Below are positions 9,011 through 17,963 of a stretch of 30,242 nt of DNA, in pieces. Each line of letters opens with the position of its first letter. The first letter of the stretch is position 1. The position numbers and the translations under genes were made by a program. The stretch is taken from NCBI GenBank assembly GCA_937910265.1, contig CALEPD010000252.1:1-30242 (forward strand), read 5' to 3'. The stretch is from an uncultured Bacteroidales bacterium. GTDB taxonomy: Bacteria; Bacteroidota; Bacteroidia; Bacteroidales; P3. The notes beneath the pieces were generated by a model, which had not been told where the DNA came from, did no database searches, and saw only the letters and a list, made by a program, of their open reading frames with translations.

Positions 9011-11305
9011 ATGTCTGATTTACTGAGCCAATTAAACGAATCCCAGCGTGAAGCCGCTGCCCATACCGAGGGCCCCGTTATGATTATTGCCGGTGCAGGT
9101 TCCGGTAAAACGCGCACACTTACTTACCGTATTGCCCACATGATTGAGTCTGGAGTCGATCCGTTCAATATCCTTGCATTGACCTTTACCAACAAGGCAG
9201 CAAAGGAAATGAAGGATCGTATCGTCAGTTTGGTTGGCGGCAATGCCCGCAATATCTGGATGGGTACATTCCACTCGGTATTTGCCAGAGTGCTCAGGGC
9301 CGAGGCTGACAAGTTGGGCTACATCTCGACGTTTACCATTTACGATACCGATGACAGCAAATCAGCAATCAATGCTATCGTCAAATCTTTGAATCTCGAC
9401 ACCAAGGAGTATAAGGCAAATTATGTGATTTCACGCATCTCAATGGCCAAGAGCAATTTGCTTTCGCCTGAAGATTATTGCGAGAATGCCGATATTCAAC
9501 AAGAAGATAAAACTGCGCGAAAGCCTGCCATTGGACAGATATATAAGATGTATAACCAGCGTCTCCGTCAATCCATGGCTATGGATTTCGACGACCTGCT
9601 TTATAACATGAATGTTCTGATGCGCGACTTCCCCGATGTTTTGTACAAATATCAGGAGCGTTTCCGCTACATACTCGTCGATGAGTACCAGGACACCAAC
9701 TATTCTCAGTATTTGATTATCAAAAAACTTGCTGCCCGTTATCAGAATATTTGTGTTGTTGGCGACGATGCTCAGAGTATATATGCTTTCCGTGGTGCGA
9801 ATATCGAGAATATTCTCAATTTCAAACGCGACTATCCGACAGTCAGCCTCTATAAGCTTGAACAGAATTATCGCTCTACTCAGGTTATTGTTAATGCCTC
9901 GAACTCTATTATTTCCAACAACCGTGACCAGATTAACAAGACTGTCTGGACAGGCAACGACAAAGGCGAGCTGATAAAACTTATACGTGCAACCGATGAG
10001 CGTGATGAGGGCAATAGAGTGGCCGACTCAATTAAAAAGGGAAGACTGGAAAACAATATGAATTATAGCGATTTTGCCATTCTTTACCGAACAAATAGTC
10101 AGTCCCGTGCCATTGAGGATTCTCTTAAGAGAATGAATATTCCTTACCATATCTATCAGGGCATTTCTTTCTACGGCAGAAAGGAAGTGAAGGACGTGCT
10201 GGCTTATATGAGATTGGTGGTCAATAATCATGATGACGAATCACTTATACGGGCCATTAACTATCCGAGAAGAGGCATAGGTGATACCACGCTCAACAAA
10301 ATCCGATTGGCGGCCTCTGATAATGGTGTCAGCATTTGGACTGTATTGGAGAACCTTTCTGATTTTGGATTGGGAATAGGTGGCGGAATCGCTAATGTGA
10401 TTGGCGATTTTGTACTCATGATCCAGCGCTTTACCTCTGTTCTGCCCGAACTCGACGCCTATAGTCTTGCCAAACAGATTACCCATGCCTCAGGAATTGT
10501 TGCCTTGTTGAGGAACGACCCTGACCCCGATAATCCGAATCGAATAGAAAATATCGAAGAGTTGCTCAATGGTGTTAAGGAATTTTGCGATCAGGAAGAC
10601 GACATAACCCCGGATCAGGGTTTTGCTCAGGCAGGTCCTAAAACCCTTGATATGTTCCTGCAACAAGTACTGCTCATGACTTCTGAAGACAAGGGTAAGA
10701 ATGAGGATAGCGACAAGGTTTCGTTGATGACGATTCATGCGGCCAAAGGACTTGAATTTCCCCATGTATTTGTTGTTGGAATGGAGGAGAATCTCTTCCC
10801 TTCGTTTATGTCCATGAATAGCCGACAGGAGATTGAGGAAGAACGTCGACTCTTTTATGTGGCCGTTACACGTGCTGAAGCTCATTTGACTTTGTCGTGT
10901 GCCGTGACCCGATATATGAACGGAAGTTCCTCGTGTCAGGAAATGAGCCGTTTTGTGGAGGAGATTGACCCCGAATACATCGAAAAAGTGCCTCTTAAAA
11001 GGTCTTTTCCGCCGGTAGGTACTTTCCCACGCGCTTTTGCCAACGCTGGCAAACCCCAGAGTGCAGCACCTGCGCAGCCTTCCCGACATGTTGCTTCATC
11101 TCCCAATCGGCCCACAATGGCCAATACCCCTGCCGAAATCAGCCGAATCTGCCCTGGCATAGTTGTCATGCACGGCAAGTTTGGACAAGGCAAGGTGTTG
11201 CGTCTCGACGGTTCTGGCTCCGAGGCAAAGGCTATTGTTTTCTTCGAAGGGGTAGGGGAGAAGACCTTGCTGCTGAAATTCGCAAAATTGTCAATCGTTG
11301 AATAA
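9011..11305 (+). CDS. pcrA: ATP-dependent SF1 DNA helicase PcrA/UvrD
   Basis: IAGAGSGKTRTL, LVDEYQDTN, VVGDDAQSIYAFRGA, LEQNYRST, MTIHAAKGLEF, EEERRLFYVAVTRA and a C-terminal Tudor-like HGKFGQG. ATG at 9011 lies downstream of the promoter. Confidence 0.95.
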   Translation: MSDLLSQLNESQREAAAHTEGPVMIIAGAGSGKTRTLTYRIAHMIESGVDPFNILALTFTNKAAKEMKDRIVSLVGGNARNIWMGTFHSVFARVLRAEADKLGYISTFTIYDTDDSKSAINAIVKSLNLDTKEYKANYVISRISMAKSNLLSPEDYCENADIQQEDKTARKPAIGQIYKMYNQRLRQSMAMDFDDLLYNMNVLMRDFPDVLYKYQERFRYILVDEYQDTNYSQYLIIKKLAARYQNICVVGDDAQSIYAFRGANIENILNFKRDYPTVSLYKLEQNYRSTQVIVNASNSIISNNRDQINKTVWTGNDKGELIKLIRATDERDEGNRVADSIKKGRLENNMNYSDFAILYRTNSQSRAIEDSLKRMNIPYHIYQGISFYGRKEVKDVLAYMRLVVNNHDDESLIRAINYPRRGIGDTTLNKIRLAASDNGVSIWTVLENLSDFGLGIGGGIANVIGDFVLMIQRFTSVLPELDAYSLAKQITHASGIVALLRNDPDPDNPNRIENIEELLNGVKEFCDQEDDITPDQGFAQAGPKTLDMFLQQVLLMTSEDKGKNEDSDKVSLMTIHAAKGLEFPHVFVVGMEENLFPSFMSMNSRQEIEEERRLFYVAVTRAEAHLTLSCAVTRYMNGSSSCQEMSRFVEEIDPEYIEKVPLKRSFPPVGTFPRAFANAGKPQSAAPAQPSRHVASSPNRPTMANTPAEISRICPGIVVMHGKFGQGKVLRLDGSGSEAKAIVFFEGVGEKTLLLKFAKLSIVE

Positions 11306-11316
11306 TTTGTAGTCTT

Positions 11317-11772
11317 ATGCGTTTGGTCATTCAAAGAGTTAAGAGTGCTTCGGTTACCATCGACGGTCAACTCAAAAGTGCCATCGACCGTGGTCTTCTC
11401 ATTTTGGTCGGTATTGAGGATGCCGACACCGATGCCGATATCGATTTCTTATGCCGTAAGGTTGTGGCAATGCGTATTTTCGACGATGCTGACGGTGTTA
11501 TGAATCTGTCTGTTTCCGATCTGCCCGATACAGGCATTCTTGTTGTCAGTCAGTTTACTCTTTTGGCATCCACCCGCAAGGGCAATAGGCCAAGCTATAT
11601 CAGGGCATCAAAGCCGGATATATCAATTCCTATGTATGAAAAATTTGTGGAGTCGCTTCAGCAACTTTATGGCAAGTCGGTCCAGACGGGCGTTTTTGGA
11701 GCGGATATGCAGGTGGCGCTGGTCAACGACGGTCCTGTGACAATCATTATCGATTCTCATCTGCGCGAGTAA
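11317..11772 (+). CDS. dtd: D-aminoacyl-tRNA deacylase
   Basis: MRLVIQRV, VSQFTL, KGNRPSY, FGADMQVALVNDGPVT. Confidence 0.97.
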   Translation: MRLVIQRVKSASVTIDGQLKSAIDRGLLILVGIEDADTDADIDFLCRKVVAMRIFDDADGVMNLSVSDLPDTGILVVSQFTLLASTRKGNRPSYIRASKPDISIPMYEKFVESLQQLYGKSVQTGVFGADMQVALVNDGPVTIIIDSHLRE

Positions 11773-11835
11773 TGCGCTTTCTTGAGTTTCCCCGTTGCAG
11801 TGTCTTTTTAAGGTCCAATATCTGGTTTCTCGTCG

Positions 11836-12708
11836 TCAGTTTCCCATTCGGGCAACAATCATTCGGTCGGTTCCTTTGAAGTCTTGTTCTATCGAAGCAT
11901 TGTATCCTTGCTCACGAAGCAAGTCAAGAGTCTCTTTGCCGAGAAATTCATTAATCTCGAACACCAGTGCACCATCAATGCTCAAGTGTCTTTTTGCAAT
12001 ATTTCCGATAGTCCTGTAAAAGGCCAATGGGTCATCGTCCGATACAAAAAGAGCCATATGAGGTTCGTGGTTCAATACATTCGCACGCATCTCCGCTTTT
12101 TCACATTGGCGTATGTAGGGCGGATTGCTGATAATAAGGTCGTATGTGCCTTCCAGTGGGTCATCTTTAAGAATGTCCGCATGATAGAAATTGATATCAG
12201 TGCCGTTCGCCTTCGCGTTCCTTTGTGCAACGGACAACGCTTTTTGGGAATAATCAATGCCTGTTACATCCGCCGATTGAAAGGCTTTTTTCAGCGCAAT
12301 GCCGATACATCCGCTTCCGCAGCAGAGGTCAGCTATACGATTCGGATTTTTTGTGATTGATACCGTTTTGGTGACTATTTCTTCTGTCTCCGGCCGGGGT
12401 ATAAGCACATCGTTGTTTACCTCTATTTCGCAGCCGCAAAACGTAACCCAACCTATAATGTGCTGTATGGGCCTGTGTTGCTTTAACTCTTCCAGTGCCC
12501 AATGGAATTTCAGCAGGTCCGATTGGTTTATATGTTCGTTTTTCGATGTGAGATATTTTAGGGTATCCCAGCCCAGTATCCACTCGCTCAGCATTTTCAT
12601 AAAACTGACAATCTCGCCTTCTTCATACAGCCCGCCAAGTTCAGTTTTGTACAAAGCGATGACATCTTGCATCACGTTTGAGCGGAATCGTAGATTTCGT
12701 GTGTTCAT
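11836..12708 (-). CDS. prmC: Peptide chain release factor N5-glutamine methyltransferase
   Basis: PIQHIIG, VLIPRPETEE, DLCCGSGCI, ISNPPYI, HEPHMALF. Confidence 0.95.
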   Translation of the reverse strand: MNTRNLRFRSNVMQDVIALYKTELGGLYEEGEIVSFMKMLSEWILGWDTLKYLTSKNEHINQSDLLKFHWALEELKQHRPIQHIIGWVTFCGCEIEVNNDVLIPRPETEEIVTKTVSITKNPNRIADLCCGSGCIGIALKKAFQSADVTGIDYSQKALSVAQRNAKANGTDINFYHADILKDDPLEGTYDLIISNPPYIRQCEKAEMRANVLNHEPHMALFVSDDDPLAFYRTIGNIAKRHLSIDGALVFEINEFLGKETLDLLREQGYNASIEQDFKGTDRMIVARMGN

Positions 12709-12723
12709 GGCTGGTCGGACAGG

Positions 12724-13389
12724 CTATTTTCTATTGAAATCGGCGGGTATCTCTCCCCATGATTCGGTATCCCATTTTATTATCTCTGTGGTGTAGGTGT
12801 GGTTGTGTAGCCATCCCTCGGCACGATGGATGTAATCCCAAAGGTCTTTGGTTTCGTTGTTGTAGGGAAGTTTCGATTTGCAGGTTTTTTGTTTTACCCA
12901 ATTGATTGCATTTACCGAGTCGCTGTATAATACCTGTTTCAGGTTGTGCGATTTGAGATACGACAATCCGTGTACAATGGCCAAGAATTCGCCTATGTTG
13001 TTTGTTCCTATGGGCGTTTTATAGTGGAATAATTGTTTCCGCGTGGGTATATATACGCCTTGGTATTCCATCACGCCAGGGTTACCGCTGCATGCTGCGT
13101 CCACAGCCAGGCTGTCAAGGATTGGGAATGTGGGTGCTCCTGCTTTGATGGCTGTTTGTCCATTTTCGCCAATCACCAGAACCGAATCCTTGCGTTTTGC
13201 CGAAGATGGGGCTGCGGTTATTGGCTGAAAGGGATTTCGGAATGCCTCTTCTGCTTCTTCACGACTTTCGTATGAACGGAACTGTGCTCCGGCAAATTTC
13301 TTTATTTGCCTTTCGCACTCATTCCAATTAGTGTATATTCCGGGACAATTCCCTTCCCAAACAACGTAATATTTAGATTTTTTTGCCAT
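12724..13389 (-). CDS. rnhA: Ribonuclease HI with N-terminal hybrid-binding (caulimovirus viroplasmin-like) domain
   Basis: YYVVWEG..PGIYTNWNEC..Q (HBD), then VDAACSGNPG.MEY, GTNNIGEFLAIVH, YSDS, WGEIPADF. Confidence 0.92.
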   Translation of the reverse strand: MAKKSKYYVVWEGNCPGIYTNWNECERQIKKFAGAQFRSYESREEAEEAFRNPFQPITAAPSSAKRKDSVLVIGENGQTAIKAGAPTFPILDSLAVDAACSGNPGVMEYQGVYIPTRKQLFHYKTPIGTNNIGEFLAIVHGLSYLKSHNLKQVLYSDSVNAINWVKQKTCKSKLPYNNETKDLWDYIHRAEGWLHNHTYTTEIIKWDTESWGEIPADFNRK

Positions 13390-13399
13390 TGTATATTAT

Positions 13400-13431
13400 G
13401 AAAAAGCGGCTGTGGATGTACACAACCGCTT
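13400..13431 (-). terminator. Intrinsic terminator after tsf
   Basis: Minus strand AAGCGGTTGTG-tacatc-CACAGCCGCTT followed by further Ts. Confidence 0.75.
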
Positions 13432-13478
13432 GTATTTTCGTTGATTAAGCAAGTGTAATCACTCCTTAATTCAGTTGC

Positions 13479-14468
13479 TTATGCACCTAATTCAACGCGT
13501 TTGAAACCTGAACATTTCAGATCCTTGTCAGTGCGTGTGATGAAATCATTTACGCTGACTTTGTTGTCCATGATGAACTCTTGGAACAAGAGGGTGTTTT
13601 CCTGGAAGAATTTTTTCAAACGGCCTTGAGCAATGCCCTGAATCATGTTCTCATCAAGGTTGGCTGCCTTTTTGGCTGCTTCTTCTTCCTTGATTTGACG
13701 AGCTTTGGCTGCATCCTCTTCAGTGATCCATCCTTTGCCGATGTTTGAATTGATATGGTCTTCGCTGTCAACGTGTGCAGGGTTGATGCCGGCTTTCTTC
13801 AAGGCTGCATCAACAGCTTTCTGGATGAGTTCTTCTTTGGTCTTCTCGATAGCAACTTTCAACTCGTTGTCTTTAACCTCTTGAGAGATGCTGTCAGCAT
13901 CGAGTGCCAAGGGACGCATGGCTACAACTTGCATTGCGATGTTGTGGCCTACTTCGTCAAAACCTTCTTTGTTCATACCTACAACAGAAGCCATTCTGTT
14001 GCCAGGGTGTACGTATGCATATACTTTGCCGGCCTCGATAGTCTCAAAGCGAGCCAATTCGATTTTTTCGCCGATTTTTGCAATCTGGTCGGTGATCAAG
14101 TCAGCTACTGTGCGGCCTTCAATTTCCATTGCCATTACATCTTCTTTGCTGGTAAGACCTTTGGCCATAGCATTGTCGAGAATGTTTCTGGTGAAATCTA
14201 CGAAACCTGCGTTGGTGGCTACGAAGTCGGTTTCGCAGCTAAGCATGATAACAGCGCCGGTGGAGCCGTTTGATTTTGCCAATACGCAGCCTTCGTTAGC
14301 ATCGCGGTCTGCGCGTTTTGCGGCCATTTTCTGACCTTTTTGACGCAAGTAGTCGATAGCTTTGTCAAAATCGCCGTCGCATTCAACGAGGGCCTTTTTG
14401 CAGTCCATCATACCTACTCCGGTCAACTGACGGAGTTCGTTAACTTGTTTTGCGGTGATATTTGCCAT
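13479..14468 (-). CDS. tsf: Elongation factor Ts
   Basis: VNELRQLTGVGMMDCKKAL, CETDFVA; follows rpsB; carries a Bacteroidales-type internal insertion (KKAGINPAHVDSEDHI...GWIT). Confidence 0.98.
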   Translation of the reverse strand: MANITAKQVNELRQLTGVGMMDCKKALVECDGDFDKAIDYLRQKGQKMAAKRADRDANEGCVLAKSNGSTGAVIMLSCETDFVATNAGFVDFTRNILDNAMAKGLTSKEDVMAMEIEGRTVADLITDQIAKIGEKIELARFETIEAGKVYAYVHPGNRMASVVGMNKEGFDEVGHNIAMQVVAMRPLALDADSISQEVKDNELKVAIEKTKEELIQKAVDAALKKAGINPAHVDSEDHINSNIGKGWITEEDAAKARQIKEEEAAKKAANLDENMIQGIAQGRLKKFFQENTLLFQEFIMDNKVSVNDFITRTDKDLKCSGFKRVELGA

Positions 14469-14494
14469 AGTGATTTCTCTTTATCTGTTCTACA

Positions 14495-14528
14495 AAAGAT
14501 GTTTGGGGCAAATAATATGCCCCAAACA
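14495..14528 (-). terminator. rpsB-tsf intergenic hairpin (partial terminator/attenuator)
   Basis: 11-bp stem TGTTTGGGGCA/TGCCCCAAACA (14500-14528), followed on the minus strand by TCTTTT. Confidence 0.65.
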
Positions 14529-14541
14529 ATGTTTTTATTAA

Positions 14542-15351
14542 TTATTCCTCGTCCTTCTGCTCTGTGGCTTCAGCGGTAGCCTCAGTTTTGGTACGGCGGG
14601 CGCGGGTCTTTCTTTCTGGAACTCCCTCTACTGGGGCCTCTTCCTTGTTGCTTTCTTTGTCAAGCATGCGCTCGTTCAAACCTTCCTGGATGGCTTCTAC
14701 CATGTACTGAAGAATGGCTTGGATGGATTTGGAAGCATCATCGTTTGCCGGAATCGGGAAATCGATAAGATCCGGGTTGCAGTTGGTGTCAACCAATGCG
14801 AATGTGGGGATGTTTAATCTGCGTGCTTCAGCAACGGCAATGTGTTCCTTGTTGATGTCAACAACAAACAATGCACTGGGCAAGCGGTTCAAGTCGGCGA
14901 TGCTACCCAAGTTTTTCTCCAATTTTGCTCTTTCACGCTCGATTTGTAAACGTTCGCGTTTGGAAATGTTCTCGAAGTCTTTGTCGTTCATCAAACGATC
15001 GAGGTTCTTCATTTTGTTGACAGCTTTGCGGATGGTGGCAAAGTTGGTGAGCATACCGCCGGGCCAACGCTCGGTAACGAAAGGCATGTCAACGCTCTTT
15101 ACGGTTTCAGCTACGATGTCTTTTGCCTGCTTTTTGGTGGCAACAAACAAAATTTTCTTACCTGATTTTGCAATCTGTTTCATTGCTGCGGCAGCCTCTT
15201 CAGCTTTGGCAATGGTCTTTTGCAAATCAATTACATGGATACCATTGTGCTCTTTGAAAATGTAGGGAGCCATTTTGGGGTTCCATTTACGTTTGAGGTG
15301 TCCAAAGTGACAACCTGCTTCGAGTAATCCTTCGAATGTTAAATTTTTCAT
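14542..15351 (-). CDS. rpsB: 30S ribosomal protein S2
   Basis: LLEAGCHFGHLKRKWNPKM, ERWPGGMLTNF, VDTNCNPD, PIPANDDA. Confidence 0.99.
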   Translation of the reverse strand: MKNLTFEGLLEAGCHFGHLKRKWNPKMAPYIFKEHNGIHVIDLQKTIAKAEEAAAAMKQIAKSGKKILFVATKKQAKDIVAETVKSVDMPFVTERWPGGMLTNFATIRKAVNKMKNLDRLMNDKDFENISKRERLQIERERAKLEKNLGSIADLNRLPSALFVVDINKEHIAVAEARRLNIPTFALVDTNCNPDLIDFPIPANDDASKSIQAILQYMVEAIQEGLNERMLDKESNKEEAPVEGVPERKTRARRTKTEATAEATEQKDEE

Positions 15352-15363
15352 CTTTTAATATTT

Positions 15364-15475
15364 GTTTACGTTCCTCTAATACCAATCGTTGAGTAGTCCT
15401 TTGGTTTAGTTTTTCTGCAGGCCTATGCTACAAAACTGTCAACTAAACAGAGTCCCGACGATTTGGATACTAAAC
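15364..15475 (-). promoter_or_regulatory. Structured rpsB leader (candidate S2 autoregulatory RNA)
   Basis: Minus-strand nested stems GTTTA/TAAAC, AATCGT/ACGATT, GTTTAGTT/AACTAAAC and TTTTGTAG/CTGCAGAA, ending about 12 nt before the rpsB ATG. Confidence 0.6.
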
Positions 15476-15504
15476 ACTTTGTTTTAATTCTATAAGTATA
15501 TGGC

Positions 15505-15891
15505 TTAACGTTTGCTGAACTGGAAGCGTTTGCGTGCTTTTGGTTGGCCGGGTTTCTTACGTTCTACCATACGTGGGTCACGCATCAAGAAGCCTTCTTT
15601 CTTCAATGCGGGACGGTCTTCGATGTTGTTCTCGCACAATGCGCGGGCGATGGCCATACGCAATGCCTGTGCTTGTCCGGTGATTCCACCACCGTCGAGG
15701 TTGGCTTTAACATCCCATTTGCCTTCGGCATTTGCTACTGCAAAAGCTTGGTTTACGATGTACTGTAGCGGACCAGTGGGGAAATATTCTTTATAATCGC
15801 GGTTGTTGACAACTATGTTGCCGGTGCCAGGAGTCATATAGATGCGGGCAACGGCGGTCTTTCTTCTACCAATAGTGTTGATTACTTCCAT
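15505..15891 (-). CDS. rpsI: 30S ribosomal protein S9
   Basis: GRRKTAVAR, GGGITGQAQA, RDPRMVERKKPGQPKARKRFQFSKR. Confidence 0.99.
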   Translation of the reverse strand: MEVINTIGRRKTAVARIYMTPGTGNIVVNNRDYKEYFPTGPLQYIVNQAFAVANAEGKWDVKANLDGGGITGQAQALRMAIARALCENNIEDRPALKKEGFLMRDPRMVERKKPGQPKARKRFQFSKR

Positions 15892-15898
15892 ATTCTAA

Positions 15899-16354
15899 TT
15901 ATCTAACGTCGTTAATATTGATAACTTTTGGGTTTTGACCCTGGTGTGGATGCTCGCTGCCGGCATATACATAAAGGTTGCGGTAGAGAGCTGCTCCAAG
16001 ACGGTTCTTCGGGAGCATGCCACGGATTGCGTGTTCGAGAACGCGCTCGGGATGAGTGGCCAATACCTTCTGGGGATTGGTTTCTCTTTGTCCGCCGGGA
16101 TATCCGGTGTAGCGCTGATAGATCTTGTCGGTCATTTTTTTGCCGGTGAACACGATCTTTTCTGCGTTAATGATAATTACGTTGTCACCACAATCTACAT
16201 GAGGGGTGAAACTGGGTTTGGTTTTACCGCGCAGAATGTTGGCTACGCGAGTTGCCAAACGACCCACGGTTTGGCCTTCAGCGTCAACGAGAACCCATTC
16301 CTTCTGAACGGTGTTCTTGTTAGCCGATACTGTTTTGTAACTTAATGTACTCAT
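15899..16354 (-). CDS. rplM: 50S ribosomal protein L13
   Basis: WVLVDA..VGRLA..LRGKTKPSFTPHVDCGDNVII, GYPGG, GMLPKNRLG. Confidence 0.99.
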   Translation of the reverse strand: MSTLSYKTVSANKNTVQKEWVLVDAEGQTVGRLATRVANILRGKTKPSFTPHVDCGDNVIIINAEKIVFTGKKMTDKIYQRYTGYPGGQRETNPQKVLATHPERVLEHAIRGMLPKNRLGAALYRNLYVYAGSEHPHQGQNPKVININDVR

Positions 16355-16401
16355 TATTTTATTTAACGATGATGTTTTTTTTATTCTTTTTTTTGTAGTG
16401 C

Positions 16402-16527
16402 GAGCGCTATTATGCTCTATTCTCCACGAATATTAACACTCCATTTGGACGACGGATAATCCAAAGGAATATTGTTAAATTCCTGATGTGTAGAAGATTG
16501 AACGGGTATACTATCTTGCTATACACC
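16402..16527 (-). promoter_or_regulatory. Long structured rplM 5' leader (candidate L13 leader)
   Basis: About 180 nt lie between the promoter and the ATG. Main hairpin AATATTCC-TTTGGA...TCCAAA-t-GGAGTGTT (16428-16482), plus small hairpins at 16402-16417 and 16505-16527. Confidence 0.5.
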
Positions 16528-16540
16528 ATTTTAGAGGATG

Positions 16541-16572
16541 CAAATTTACGATAAATAATTGTAGTGGACAAA
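16541..16572 (-). promoter_or_regulatory. Bacteroidota promoter for rplM-rpsI-rpsB-tsf
   Basis: Minus strand TTTG (16572-16569), 20-nt spacer, TAAATTTG (16548-16541). Confidence 0.85.
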
Positions 16573-16599
16573 TTTATTTGGTTTTTTATCTAAAAAAAC

Positions 16600-17817
16600 T
16601 CAATTTTTCTCCGACGGCTCCTTTTTGTTGCATAAATATGCTTGAAGGGTGTGGTTGACGGTTGTTGCTATGATATATTTCTCTCCGCTCTCTTGTAGCT
16701 TTGCCTTTTTTTGTATTTCGTCGGAGGTCATCGGATAGTTTCGGCTGACAACGTGCGCTTTTTTCTGCGGGATTACTTGTGCTATCTGTTTTTTGTTCAG
16801 GGAAACGGGCTGTTCGACCTCAAATATCCTCCCAGGGAACTCAGGAATCCATTGGTCGGAGGTGTATAAATGTGTATTGCGGTCGAGTTTGGCTATGTTG
16901 TACTGTTCGGACAGTATTTTGTATGGGGCGCCTTTCATTAGCGCGGCATTGGGCTCGTATATGTATTTCCCCATTTCCCCGTAGCAATAGATGCCTGTGG
17001 ACTGCTGCTCGGCACTGCGGGTGAATTTGAGTGTTTTGGTGACGGTGTTGATATCGGTGCAGTGCAATGTTACCTCGTTGTCGGATCTTCCGCAAATGAA
17101 CAGTATTTCTTTACATTCGCCATGTACGGCGATGATGTGGGTTTGGACCACTGATTTGAGTTGCGACACGGCCAGGTCTATGTCAATCATGGGAGAGGCT
17201 TTGACAATCAGCCATTGGCATTTTGACGTGAGTGCCTCCATGTTGTCGATGATGTTTGGCGTGCAGTCTTCAAAGGCTGATGTTTTTTTGCCATGCGCAT
17301 CCCGTCGGGCAGGGTCGATGAACAGCAGGTCGAAGTGTTTCGGCACATTCTTGATCCACTCGAGGCAATCGCTATGGTGAGTCGTGATGTTTGTTATTCC
17401 CAAAGCCCGGGTGTTCCATTCCATTAACGAGCATAGTTCTTCGTTGCATTCCACATAATCTAAATGCAAGGTGCTTGAGGGGTGGATTTTTGACAAAGCG
17501 ATGCTGTCGACTCCCATCCCGCCGGTAAGGTCGGCCAGATAGAGCACATCTTTTCTTTGTATGAGTTCTTCAGCAATCGAACTTTTGTGTATTGCGGTGG
17601 CCTCCGACGAGCTTTGTTCGCGGTTTAGTCGGGGAGGGTAGGCGTACGTTTTGCAGCTTGCCAGCGAAGGCCATTTTTCCTTGGCGGTGCGCATGCCTTC
17701 TATTTGCTGCACTGCGGCGGCAATGTCGATGCCGGGAAACCGGTTGGCTGATAGAAGCAGTTTCACCGTGTCGTCGTGGAGGTGCTCTTCTGCAAATAGT
17801 AGTGTGGCCTCGTTCAT
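16600..17817 (-). CDS. Class I SAM-dependent methyltransferase with C-terminal THUMP-like domain
   Basis: EQSSSEATA, DLTGGMGVDS, FIDPARRD, KASPMIDI, YIYEPNAALMK, FPGRIF, RNYP. The start MNEATLL at 17817 is preferred because the longer start lies inside an upstream hairpin. Confidence 0.85.
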   Translation of the reverse strand: MNEATLLFAEEHLHDDTVKLLLSANRFPGIDIAAAVQQIEGMRTAKEKWPSLASCKTYAYPPRLNREQSSSEATAIHKSSIAEELIQRKDVLYLADLTGGMGVDSIALSKIHPSSTLHLDYVECNEELCSLMEWNTRALGITNITTHHSDCLEWIKNVPKHFDLLFIDPARRDAHGKKTSAFEDCTPNIIDNMEALTSKCQWLIVKASPMIDIDLAVSQLKSVVQTHIIAVHGECKEILFICGRSDNEVTLHCTDINTVTKTLKFTRSAEQQSTGIYCYGEMGKYIYEPNAALMKGAPYKILSEQYNIAKLDRNTHLYTSDQWIPEFPGRIFEVEQPVSLNKKQIAQVIPQKKAHVVSRNYPMTSDEIQKKAKLQESGEKYIIATTVNHTLQAYLCNKKEPSEKN

Positions 17818-17841
17818 TCGGTTGCGGTTGTTATAGTGGAA

Positions 17842-17881
17842 AATCCCGGAAATCATCTGTTGGATTATGGTTCCCGGGATT
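17842..17881. terminator. Intergenic hairpin between the NTP-transferase and methyltransferase genes
   Basis: AATCCCGG-aaatCAT...ATG-gttc-CCGGGATT inverted repeat; weak U-tract. Confidence 0.4.
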
Positions 17882-17963
17882 GTCTGCCTGTTTTTTTATT
17901 TGTGAAAATTGGCGTAGGTGTTCAAGTGTAGTCTATTTTTCTGTTTTGACTGGGTGGCATGGT

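Noticed and set aside
9011..11305. UvrD helicase (together with the deaminases and nucleotidyltransferases elsewhere) as an anti-phage system
   Set aside because: All are full-length housekeeping-type proteins in core context, with no nuclease or effector partners.
12724..13389. Viroplasmin-like domain as a sign of viral or retroelement origin
   Set aside because: It is the ordinary hybrid-binding domain of Bacteroidota/Firmicutes RNase HI; no reverse transcriptase or integrase is nearby.
13640..13860. ~60-aa insertion in EF-Ts
   Set aside because: As I recall, this is typical of Bacteroidales EF-Ts; useful taxonomically, not novel.
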